Positions 24,901 through 38,471 of a stretch of 64,000 nt of DNA are shown here, one piece after another; within the stretch, counting starts at the first letter, position 1, and every line of letters starts with the position of its first letter. The translations under genes and the position numbers were made by a program. The DNA comes from Macrostomum lignano (taxonomy: Eukaryota): NCBI GenBank assembly GCA_002269645.1, contig NIVC01004015.1, positions 315 to 64,314 of the forward strand, in the 5' to 3' direction. The notes under the pieces are model-generated. The model made no database searches. It was not told the DNA's origin and saw only the letters and a program-made list of their open reading frames with translations.

Positions 24901-27162
24901 AATTCCAAGGAAATGGCTATAGCGATACGGAATGTGTATGTATCTACAATTGTATCAAGGGACAACAAGAATTAGTCGGTTTTTTCAGAGTTCACAAGAA
25001 CATCTATATAGGTCAAAACGTTTTATGATGCTGGCGTGAAGACAAACACAGTCTAAAAGTTCTAAAGAATAGTGTTTCATTCTTCGGTAGATTTTGATCG
25101 TGAAATGGTTGTGGATACACCGGATAAAGGTTGTTTGCTTTCAAGGGGCTTGGGCGCTCACATCTTTGCACTCGTCAGGCTAGTATACTCGTATATACAT
25201 AGTCTGGTTCAACCCTCACGAGTTCATATTACCCAGCAGTGTTGGGCACTTCCGTTACCGAGTAACTTGCAAATGGTAACGCAAGTTACTTTTTCGTAAA
25301 GCGTTCCTTACGCAAGTTACTTTTTTATTTTAGTAACGGAGTAACGGTAAGTTACTCAAATTTCAGAAGTCCGTTACAGTTACTTTGCAACAATCGCAAT
25401 ATTTAAATTTAAAACTGAAATGCTTAGCTATTACGCCGGTTGTCACATGTTTTTGCATTTTTCATTCCTAAATTCAAAATTAAGTGAATAGTATCATATG
25501 GTATTGCGTTTAATTAATGAAGAAATACTTGAAACATGTTTTACTTTGTTAATTTCGGTAAAATATTGTCGCCTTTCATTTTCGTTACTAAAAATTTTCA
25601 AGTTTGATTCAAACAAACAACCAAAGAAAGAAATTCATCTGTAGCCTCCACAAGTCCCTCCACTGGCACTGCAGTACACTAAACCATTTTATACAGTTCT
25701 ATTTATTTTACTCTATTGAATTATTGATATTCGTTTATTTTATCATTTATAATTTTAATTATTGATTGCCATTGCCCATTGGTCCTTCTACTTGCCTCAC
25801 ATCGTGTCGCCAATTCCTGTCTCTGTCTGTTAATCGGTTAATCCCAATGCCCAATGGCAAATTTCGGTAACAACAATGTGAAAAAATGTGCAATGTGAAA
25901 AAAAGCTGAAAATTTTTGTTAATAACATGGGTAACGGAAGTGAGTAACGGACAGTAACTTAAAAGTTACCAGATTTTTGTCTAAAGTTACTAGGCTAACG
26001 TAAGTTACCTTTTAAAAATTGGTAACTTAAGTTACAGTAACGCAAGTTACTTTTTTTGAGTAACTTGCCCAACACTGTTACCCAGTATAATCTTTTCTTG
26101 ATAAACAAGGCTACAATGAATGAGATATTTATCAAGGAACATGGTCCTTTGCATTTGCTACTTTTTATTGTTGTTTCGTAAAATTTGAGTTTAAAATTTC
26201 GAGTTTCCGGTAGTTTTCACTTTTATCTATAATTCCAATAATATGTCCGTTTCAGTCAGCGTAGCACAATTACCGTCGGAGACGCTCAAATCCATCTTGG
26301 TCGGAACAATTTCGGTTGGCACGATGGAGTAAAGCATCATCTGGGAATTCCAAGTCACCGATTCGCACTCCTGAGTTGTTGGGCCGCAGGTCTCAACGCA
26401 TCCCGTAACGTTTGCGCTCGGCAAGTTGTAGCCGCAGAAGCAGAGGGATGCGTGAACTCCAGCGTAGCTGCATTGACGAGAATGGGAAAGCGACCCACTG
26501 TACTCATCAGCGTGCCTAGCTCGCATCTCTTAGCGTGTCTCATTGTCATCTCTTAGCGTGTCTCCCTGTCATCTCTTAGCGTGTGTCACTGCCATTTCTT
26601 AGCGTGTGTCACTCCCATATCTTAGCGTGTCTCACTCACGTCAAGCTGCGCGCCCACAGTGCCGCATCAACCTACATGTATTTGCTCAACCCCGATCGCG
26701 TTTATCTCCATCGATTTATACTTCCTAACTAAGTATTCACATTTCCTTGTCACTTCATCTACGTTAATCCAATAAATTAAAATAAAGTAAGTAAGTCGCT
26801 AAAATCGATATCAAGCGTGAGGAATCTCTCACTTGAATCTAGCTGGCACGTCGCTGCACTGCTGCCTGCAGGTCTCGGGACTGACTGCAGTGGGGGTGCC
26901 CGAGCCGCCGATGGCGCCGGGGTTGGCGCGAAATGCGCGCCGAGAATTGGTCAAGCTGACCGACTTACAGCCGAGACTTTCGACGCTTTCTAGAATTAAT
27001 TGGTACGTTGATAAAGCAGAAATCAGTCAGTTTGTTGGGGTGTTTAGGGTCCTGCTACAAATTTCACTTACCAGCAGCCTCGGAGGCTCCGATGGAAACA
27101 ATAAAAACTATCCAGAGAACAGAAAGCTTAGCCAGAATCGGCAGCATGCTGTTGTGCCTCAT
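9986..27162 (-). CDS. PKD1L: Polycystin-1-like (PKD1L/REJ family) receptor-channel subunit, 25 exons, ~3,494 aa
   Basis: Exons (minus strand): 27162-27072, 26989-26833, 26467-26274, 24861-24664, 24155-23910, 23358-23174, 22801-22162, 22071-21875, 21807-19055, 18981-18713, 18594-18571, 18484-18158, 18082-17279, 17186-17044, 16968-16253, 16174-15946, 15859-15588, 15464-15134, 15063-14123, 14012-13519, 12858-12425, 12341-12183, 12070-11815, 10938-10666, 10137-9986. The total is 10,485 nt and all phases are compatible. Domains: signal peptide MRHNSMLPILAKLSVLWIVFIVSIGASEAA; WSC (LGC...CRQQC...NYAGVHASLCFCG); PKD repeats (WDFGDG, VDFGNG); REJ; GPS (GCYYFD...QCFSSHMTSF); PLAT (YELTFWTG...WHDNAGSDPKWY...CNRWF); polycystin channel (YSGGGY...TRGVFVE...YNPNTNLF); C-terminal coiled coil (LDGKLDELE). 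Confidence 0.93.
10344..10540. mobile_element. hAT-type MITE with an internal GA-rich tract (in the last PKD1L intron)
   Basis: Left TIR CAGGGGTCAGCAAA; degenerate right TIR TTTGCTGACCCAAG. The flanks CCTTAGAA / CCTTGGAA are an 8-bp TSD with one mismatch. Confidence 0.6.
11140..11400. repeat. Degenerate minisatellite with a palindromic GGGCGCCC core (in a PKD1L intron)
   Basis: Repeated TCTCTCGGTGGGCGCCC / GGGCACCC units of about 22-23 bp. Confidence 0.8.
25237..26077. mobile_element. Non-autonomous hAT-type element (841 bp) in PKD1L intron 3
   Basis: TIRs CAGTGTTGGGCA (25237) and TGCCCAACACTG (ends 26077). Perfect 8-bp TSD TTACCCAG at 25229-25236 and 26078-26085. Many subterminal GTAAC/GTTAC motifs. 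Confidence 0.9.
26524..26638. repeat. 23-bp tandem repeat x5 (CATCTCTTAGCGTGTCTCACTGT-like)
   Basis: Directly visible, in PKD1L intron 2. Confidence 0.9.
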
Positions 27163-28543
27163 CTGGAATTGAGTCTCAGAAGACACTGACGCCAGTTAAT
27201 GTGTTTGCTTTTTTCGCAATATTTCCTTATTCACTCCTATCTTCCTCCTAACCAGTTACTATCTGACTTCCCGGCTTGCGATGCTAATCTTTTATTTATT
27301 AAAAACCAGGCGAGACTTGGCAGCAGACGCCCCAGCATTCATCATCCTTCCTAGCCACACACGCAACCTCATCTCCGGCCACGGTTACAGCTAATCGGAG
27401 CGATCTGTTTATCGCTGGGTCACCCTGGAAACCGGATGGCAACAAGAAATTGTGGGAGCTGGGGCTGTGCTAGGTTGGGCGAAAGGCTTCTCATAGCAGG
27501 GGTTGGGAAGAGTGAGAGGAACAAGCAACAGGTGTTTCAGGAACAATGCCAGCGGGAGTAGGGGGGGGGCAATGAAGGCGGTGAGCAGTCAAGCGAATCG
27601 CTTGCTCAACACCACCCATCCCAAACTTTCCTGCTGCATCGCAAGCATGTTTCTTTCACGAACGTCTGGCCTCCGATCCGCAAAAGCAGCAGCAAGCAGC
27701 TGCATCAAGCTTTACTATACTTGCTGCGACAGAAAGGCCACGAAGCCACCTGCAGCTCCCAGTAAGAGGTTTGACTTGTTTGGGCACACTGCAAGCTGCT
27801 GGAGGGGCTTAGGATGCTCCAGCCCTCATCTAAGCACTCAGCTAGGGGCAAAGACAAAAGCTGCGGCTTTTTTGTACCGAATCTAAGAGCTAAATTGGGA
27901 AGCAGATCCTCACAAAGCACCAATTATCGACAACGAAAATAAGTGGCTTACTGCTTGAAGAAAAGTTTCAAGTAGCATATAAAAAAGTCTCAAAGCTGGA
28001 ATTCGTAAACATGAAAACGTAGAGAATTCTGAACAGAAATATAAAAATATACCGTATGAATAAAGGTAGCAATTGACCAAACTCGAGAAAAGTCTCACTT
28101 TGTGAGTGCTTGCTCCTAAGCAAATGCTCAACGTTAGTGTCTCAAAAGTTAGTGCTCGCATCTTGAGCAAATGTGGTCTGTCCGTGACTGAGTAGAGGAA
28201 TGCATAAGCATGAATAAAACTCTGGTCATAGATGAAACTTTTTTTAGCATTTGCTCGCATTTTCTTGAGTCTTGTCGGCGGAATTCTCAAGCCATATTCA
28301 GCATCATAATTTCCTACTGCACTGTTAGCTAGGTTGAGTTTGAAGTTAAGATGATCTGCTATAGTTAGCCTAGGCGTTTTGAAACGGGGTGAAACGCACG
28401 GCAGCCCCCCGCTGCAATTATCTACATGTATAGCCGACTTCAATAAATATAAAACTCGTATGCATATACGCGTATCTAGTCAATGTTTTTACAGCTTGTA
28501 TATTTATAAAGCTCAGTACCGCTTAACAATGTAGATTGTATAG

Positions 28544-29917
28544 TATTCAACTCAGTTGTATACTATACAAGTGCATTGTACTTATACTTTCACTCAGCGC
28601 GCAGTCATTATTCCACACTTTTGCGGCCATTATTCCACACTTTTGTCGCTGTCATTATTCCACACTTTTTATCATGCTTCAATTGGCTGTTTTAAGAGTT
28701 GTTTTACCCATAGACGACTGAGTTGTGTGGCTTAGATTGACCATAGACAACACTGTGATGAGTGCTGATTTCGCTTGCGTCTTGCAAGAAATCAGGAAAG
28801 CGAGTAGTGGGAGAAAAAGCTATTTGTCTTGTCAAACAACCATGGCTGGTGCATCTCGTCAAACAGCTGCGCTTATTAATTGAAAAAATCTTCCTGTCGA
28901 CGACTGAACGAACCGTGCGGCGCTACCTAGGAAGAAAAGTCGACCATGAAGTCTTCAACGCCTTGACGGCTATAAGCGATGCTTCAAAGCGACCAATAGA
29001 TTTAGTCGAGCAGCCGACAGTCCCAAAGAATCCCAACTTGGATCCTGCGTTACCAAAGAAGCCCATCAGACGAAGCTTATCAGTCGCAAGCCAACCAAGA
29101 CGTGCATCTTTCAAATGGTAAGTTCGGCAACTATACTTAAGCACCTGTATTTCTCTTTTATAGAAAACATTCAAAATAGACCAACTCCTTTTGCAGTGCC
29201 GAGCATCTTTGGGAACTGCGGCTTTGAGAACTGCATGTTTCACTTTGGGTGAAAAATGTATTCATCGTGGAGATTTTCACATTGTCAAATTTCGACTACA
29301 AACTGATGAACTGCACTAGCTGTGACATTTATAATGAACTCTTTTCGTGTAGCTGGTACTTTAGTTTTAATGATTTTTTCCTTTTTGATCATTTACTCCT
29401 TGCTGTTTTGTATTTATTAACAAAAATACTGAGCGATGATTTTTCAATCCAAATGTCTATGGTACACATCAAAACTGTGAAATAATGGCCAAAATATTTT
29501 GTTATTGCGTCTGGGTAAAACATGGATGAATGAATAGAATGGATTGCTATTCTGGCTCTGGCTATTTTCGTTTTTGACTCTTTTGCATCCGGTTCCCCCC
29601 GTGCCTTTTCATTGGTTGATGATTGCCATAGACAATTTTCGGCCTTCGCCCCTTTCTTTCGATGCGATGCACAAGCGCAAAGAACTGAGAATTTCAACAA
29701 AGTTCAATTTCAACACAAGTAACTTCTATTTACTAACAAGAAAGCGCTTGTGCATCGAAAGAAAGGGGCAAATGCCGAAAATTGTCTATGGCAATCATCA
29801 ACCAATGAAAAGGCACGGGGGGAACTGGATGCAAAAGAGTCAAAAACGAAAATAGCCAGAGCCAGAATAGCAATCCATTCTATTCATTCATCCATGGGGT
29901 AAAAGTATAATTACAGT
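28544..29917 (+). mobile_element. Interspersed repeat, copy 1 (Crypton-derived non-autonomous element), interrupted by a foldback insertion
   Basis: Near-identical to the reverse complement of 60899-61808; the matching ORFs 28536+ and 61631- show this. The core is bracketed by CCATAGAC (28708, 28741) and GTCTATGG (29455). It encodes TERTVRRYL, resembling the recombinase box SESTVRRYW at 63211-63240. Confidence 0.75.
29521..29896. mobile_element. 376-bp foldback MITE with ~155-bp near-perfect TIRs and an 8-bp TSD
   Basis: The arms CATGGATGAATGAATAG...GATGCACAAGCGC and GCGCTTGTGCATC...CTATTCATTCATCCATG are reverse complements. TSD GGGTAAAA at 29513-29520 and 29897-29904. Confidence 0.92.
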
Positions 29918-30068
29918 GCTTAGTATCAGTTACTATTTTTTCGATTCACAAAATAAGGAGTTTTGGCCTCAGACAATTTCTTAGATTTCATTTTTTCTTT
30001 CTTTCTCTAGAGTGCCGGTGTGCAAATGTGACTCAGCGCCCCCTTGACCCCGCTTTCTTCTGACTTTG

Positions 30069-30516
30069 CTATAGACATTTTCAGCGGGCCGTGAAACCGA
30101 CTGAATATATTGGAGTAAATGGGATTTTACCATAGACAGTCTCAGCGGGCCGTGAAACCGACTGAATACATTGGAGTAAATGAGATTTTACCATAGACAG
30201 TCTCAGCGGGCCGTGAAACCTACTGAATACATTGGAGTAAATAGGATTTTACCATAGACAGTCTCAGCGGGCCGTGAAACCGACTGAATGCATTGGAGTA
30301 AATGGGATTTTACCATAGACAGTCTCAGCGGGCCGTGAAACCGACTGAATACATTGGAGTAAATGGGATTTTACCATAGACAGTCTCAGCGGGCCGTGAA
30401 ACCGACTGAATGCATTGGAGTAAATGGGATTTTACCATAGACAGTCTCAGCGGGCCGTGAAACCGACTGAATACATTGGAGTAAATGGGATTTTACCATA
30501 GACAGTCTCAGCGGGC
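30069..30516. repeat. 61-bp tandem array (7 full units plus a partial), each unit containing CCATAGAC
   Basis: Unit CCATAGACAGTCTCAGCGGGCCGTGAAACCGACTGAATACATTGGAGTAAATGGGATTTTA. The octamer occurs at 30130, 30191, 30252, 30313, 30374, 30435 and 30496. There are no unique spacers. Confidence 0.95.
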
Positions 30517-30547
30517 TTTCACACCCACTATCTAAAACACTAATATG

Positions 30548-30636
30548 GATGGGCTGCATTGGGCAGAAACGAGATAACTCCAGATAACGAGCTACGCGCC
30601 TCGGCGTTAGCTCGTTTCTGCCCTCTGCAGCCCATC
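30548..30636. repeat. Short inverted repeat with a nested inner hairpin
   Basis: Outer arms GATGGGCTGCA..GGGCAGAAACGAG and CTCGTTTCTGCCC..TGCAGCCCATC; inner AACGAGCTA...TAGCTCGTT. Confidence 0.8.
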
Positions 30637-30949
30637 AATATTGGTATATTTTGCTTTTCTCACGCAATCGTGGAGTTTCTAGTACAGAGATTTCTTGACG
30701 ACCACAGAGAAACACGTAGACTTGGAGTCCTGACTTTACTCAACCGGCAGGGGTGGCGCATTGGGAATGAAAATCTCGTCCTTTTTCAACTTGAATCAAA
30801 CAGAATGCTAGTGCATTCATTTCAAACTTAAAAGTTAAAATCTGTACCTCATTATATAAATTTTAAGAGCTTGGTAAGTTAGCTACTTCTCTCTTGAGCT
30901 CTACATCTAGATCTCCTTGGACCCGAGGTCGCTGTAAACTGCGTCACCG

Positions 30950-31050
30950 ACCCCAGCCCGTCCACTAGTTTTCTTATTTCCTGTGGCTGAGCAGGTCTGG
31001 CAGGATGACTTTGGCGTCGCCTGCCATGCAATAAACCTGAACAGCCTACA
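30950..31050 (-). mobile_element. Degenerate non-LTR retrotransposon (LINE) 3' remnant
   Basis: LLHGRRRQSHPAR...KLVDGLG resembles the HGRRRRGRP...D.G motif downstream of LINE reverse transcriptases. Confidence 0.35.
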
Positions 31051-31519
31051 GTGGCTCTCATTCTTGGGCTCTCTCTCTCTCTCTCACCCTCTCTCCCTCT
31101 CTCACTCGCTCTAGCGAGAAGCAGCAAAGACCAGGGATAGGGGTAGAAAAGGCAAATCAATAACGACAAGACTAACGAAGACTGGGCTCACACGCCCCGG
31201 CTTGCATATTCTCTTGTCAAGTGCGTGCTATGAGGAGTTGACAGTAAATTTTGTTTGTTTCCAGAGCCTTACTCTTTGTTTCTATGGTTACGAGGGCTCT
31301 TAGAGTCAAAGACTATCTCTTAGAATGGGGTGGGAGAGGAGGTCTATAGGGGGTCGGAGTTGTGACTTACTGCTTCTATCTTTTCAGTTTCTCATCTCAA
31401 TGGCAATGACGAGCTTATACTGGGAACAGAAGCGCTAAAAATTAAGTAGCTTACAGAAACTGCTTCAGGTAACTTTTTATTTATGCGTCAACTATCTTCT
31501 TTTAATAACTGCTTTCTGA

Positions 31520-31930
31520 GGGATGCTTGCTGTCTGGGGGGATGCTTGCTATTTGGGGGATGTGTTGCTATCTGGGGGATGCTTGCTATCTGGGGGATGC
31601 TTGCTGTCTGGGGGATGCTTGCTGTGTGGGGGATGCTTGCTGTCTGGGGGATGTTTGCTGTCTGGGGGATGCTTGCTATCTGCCTGGGGGATGCTTGCTA
31701 TCTGGTGGATGCTTGCTATCTGGGGGATGCTTGCTATCTGGTGGATGCTTGCTATCTGGTGGATGCTTGCTGTCTGGGGGATGCTTGCTATCTGGGGGAT
31801 GCTTGCTATCTGGGGGATGCTTGCTATCTGGGGGATGCTTGCTATCTGGTGGATGCTTGCTGTCTGGTGGATGCTTGCTATCTGGGGGATGCTTGCGGTC
31901 TTGGGGATGCTTGCTATTTAGGGGAATGCC
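31520..31930. repeat. 18-bp minisatellite (GGGGGATGCTTGCTATCT)
   Basis: Directly visible. It explains the 6-aa-repeat ORFs GDACYL, GGCLLS and WGMLAI. Confidence 0.95.
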
Positions 31931-32179
31931 TGTTATCTTTCTGAAGGCTTTATTTTGTTGTCATTTTGTTACTTTAAGAAAAAAAGAGATTCATAGCGAA
32001 CGTCTTTGTCCGTGACAATTAATTTTACTAGAATAAAGTGATTTATAAAACTGAAGAAGGAATTGGTTCTTATGAAAATGTGCTTTTGTAATCTACTTGT
32101 ATGAATAATCTTTGCTCCTTGCTTATTGGGGAGCGCACTAGATTGCTAGTTGTATCGAAATCTAGCTGGTTAACTGAAT

Positions 32180-32310
32180 TGTTTTCGAGTCCTTGCCGGT
32201 AGGGTGCCTGATGGCTGTTGGGTAGGCAGTGCGACTGGGCGCGGATGATGTGGCCCGCCAGCTGAAGTCGTCGACGGTGTAACCGGATGTTTAGAGTGAT
32301 CAGGCTGGCG
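32180..32310 (-). mobile_element. LINE RT C-terminal remnant
   Basis: The minus frame RRRLQLAGHIIRAQSHCLP...QAPYRQG matches the typical RRRL.(F/L)AGH..R motif of non-LTR RT C-termini. Confidence 0.55.
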
Positions 32311-32689
32311 CGGCGATACGGCGATGAAATTTAATCTTCGAAGTTTGCAGGGACTTGTATGTGCAGATCAGTTTTAGCTAGCTGTAATTCTAGCTAAATA
32401 AGAAGCTTTGCATAGCAAATTTTTCTTGTGAGCTGGAAGCATGATATAGATGAAAATTGACATAACAATGTAATCAATACTACCTCTGTGTGCTTTCTGC
32501 ATGGAAATGTTGACGTTTTGGATTGTGAAAACGCGATGGACGAAAATTCCCTTGCCCGTCTTTTTGCTCCGGGCTTGTGTGATTTTCTGCGCCATAGAAT
32601 GAATCGTATTATATTACTTAAAGTAGACGCGCTATTGCCCGGTCTTTAAGCTTTTGATCACGCTCACGAGCTGACGAGTTCGCTGGAAC

Positions 32690-32835
32690 CGCATCCAGGC
32701 CATATCATCCACGTTAAGAATTTTACTGCCTACAGCCGCGATGAGGGAGGTGCTGCTGCTGACGTTACAGGTGCTCTACCGGCTACCGCTAAGCACTGCA
32801 CAATGCGTTTACTGCCGACTGGCTGACGCCGGCTG
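32690..32835 (+). mobile_element. LINE RT C-terminal remnant, frameshifted, opposite orientation to the 32.2-kb remnant
   Basis: GHIIHVKN/YCLQP/REVLLLTLQVLYR...CRLADAG parallels GHIIRAQSHCLP...QAPYR at 32.2 kb. Confidence 0.45.
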
Positions 32836-33226
32836 CCAAATGCGGTAGGTGGCGTAGCCTTCTATTCGCACTCAAGCTTTTTGCTCACCATGTGATGACG
32901 TTGGTCTTTATTCATGATCTGTTGAAAGCGTAAACATTGTTTTGCTTTCTTCTTTGCGGTAGAAAATAACAAACACGTAGTTTCAGTTACATAAATTTGA
33001 TAGAGGAAATAGCTTTATAGAAACTTTAACCCAGGCCAAGTATTAATTTTTTGTTGTGTTAATTTTAAACTTAATGACTCGTTCCTAATGCTTACAATAT
33101 AAAGTGGTATTCAAGGACTACTTAAGTAGAAGGATGGGAAACTACATTTCTTGGAAAAGTTTAGTAGTCATATGGTTTTATAATGGATCACACATGCGTT
33201 TTAAACTTTGAAAAGTTATCGGCCCC

Positions 33227-33719
33227 GGGCCGATATTACGAAACAGCTAGCAGTTAGCAGTTAGCAGCAGCTAGTTTAGCCGTGCTATTTAGACGCGTCT
33301 GAAAAAGTGGTTTCACAACACCATGCTAAAAAGCAACGGCTAGTAAGCCGTGGCTAACGTGGCTAAAAGCATGCTAGCGTGGGTCTCTGCCATAGACATG
33401 AGGCGTCACTAAGACGATTATTGATTTGTGCCTGCGAGCGACTCGAAAAAAGTCACGGCAGGAAGTTATGAAGATAGAGGAAATTCATTGACTAACCAGG
33501 GTTGAGGCTGGCTGAAAAACAGCTGCTAGTTTAGCCTTGCTAGTCGACGTCTGCTAGCTTCGTGAAATCAACTCTCCCACCCTCGGCACCCGATCTGACC
33601 TGCTAGCCTTAGACAGCTAGACGCTGCTACTTAGCAGTCACTTTGAGAAACCCAGCCACTGCTTTTAGCAGTTAGCAGTGGCTAAATAGCTGTTAGCAGT
33701 GTTTCGTGAAATCGGTTCC
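33227..33719. mobile_element. MITE-like element with imperfect TIRs and internal TTAGCAG/CTAGC repeats
   Basis: GGGCCGATATTACGAAACA on the left versus TGTTTCGTGAAATCGGTTCC on the right. No clear TSD seen. Confidence 0.5.
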
Positions 33720-33939
33720 AGAATTAGCTGGGGTAATTGAGGGTGTGTGGGCGACCTCCCTCCCCAGTCCTTACGTCGTAGACTGATCAGCTGTATGCAG
33801 CCTTCAGATAAGGCGCGCAATAGCTGCGGCTAAGCTGTCGGTTGCACATCTGGCCCAACACAAGTGTAAAGTACTATTATTACTATTATTACTATTATTG
33901 TTATCGTTACTATTATAATATTATTATTTTTTGTGGCAA

Positions 33940-37754
<3,815 letters not shown>

Positions 37755-38471
37755 CTTGAGAGAGTAAGTAAAAGTTCAGTGCTTTTTATATGGCCAACTT
37801 GTTGACAAAGTGAGTCAGCGCTTGTAAAATAATTTTCAAGGCAAGTGACAATGACATCTATCTCGTAAGATTGCTATGGAAACCGAAATATCAAACTGCA
37901 GCAGTCACAGTCACAAACTATAATTTTTGTTTGATGATTGTCAATATATTTTGTTAAAGTTTCTCAGTTTAAGTTTTTAATTTTCATGCTCCACAGTTGC
38001 TCTATCTAAAAAATGGGAGCTGAAAGTAAAAACATCTACCCAGACTCCTAAAACAATGCTAAAAAACAACAATGCTACATATTTTTTGCTTCTACCATGC
38101 TGTAAAAAACGAGTGAGTTGCACGTATAGCTGACTTTTCGCAAAAGTGATTGACAGCTCACAGCTCAAAATACATTTTTGCAACACCAGATTATACACTT
38201 TTTTCCAAAGCTGAAACAATGTGGAGTTATCTATCTAATGCTAAACTGCTTTGAGATGCAATCAACTTTTAGACACAACGTTTATTACATTTGTTTTAAT
38301 TATTCAAACAGAGTGGAGGTATTTTCTACGAGTGAGCGTACTTAGTAATACGATTACTAACAAAACCAATGTTGTGGAATAGTATCTAATGAAGCAATCA
38401 ATCTTTAGTGTCTTGCAACTGTTCTTTGCACTCAATGATCGTACACTTCAGTGCAGTGAGTTCTAACCAAA

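Noticed and set aside
30069-30516. CRISPR-like appearance of the 61-bp array
   Set aside because: The units are identical along their whole length with no unique spacers, there are no cas genes, and the context is eukaryotic.
30879-31169. VGCSGLLHGRRR...QPQ resembling the WSC exon of the PKD1L pseudogene (MGC...HGRR...QPQ)
   Set aside because: The true WSC exon of the intact gene is at 26989-26833. This segment fits the LINE HGRRRRGRP motif better and lacks the WSC cysteines.
32741-32844. Apparent signal-peptide exon MREVLLLTLQVLYRLPLSTAQCVYC with flanking AG and GT
   Set aside because: With its upstream GHII segment it parallels the LINE RT C-terminal remnant at 32.2 kb, and no downstream exon was found.
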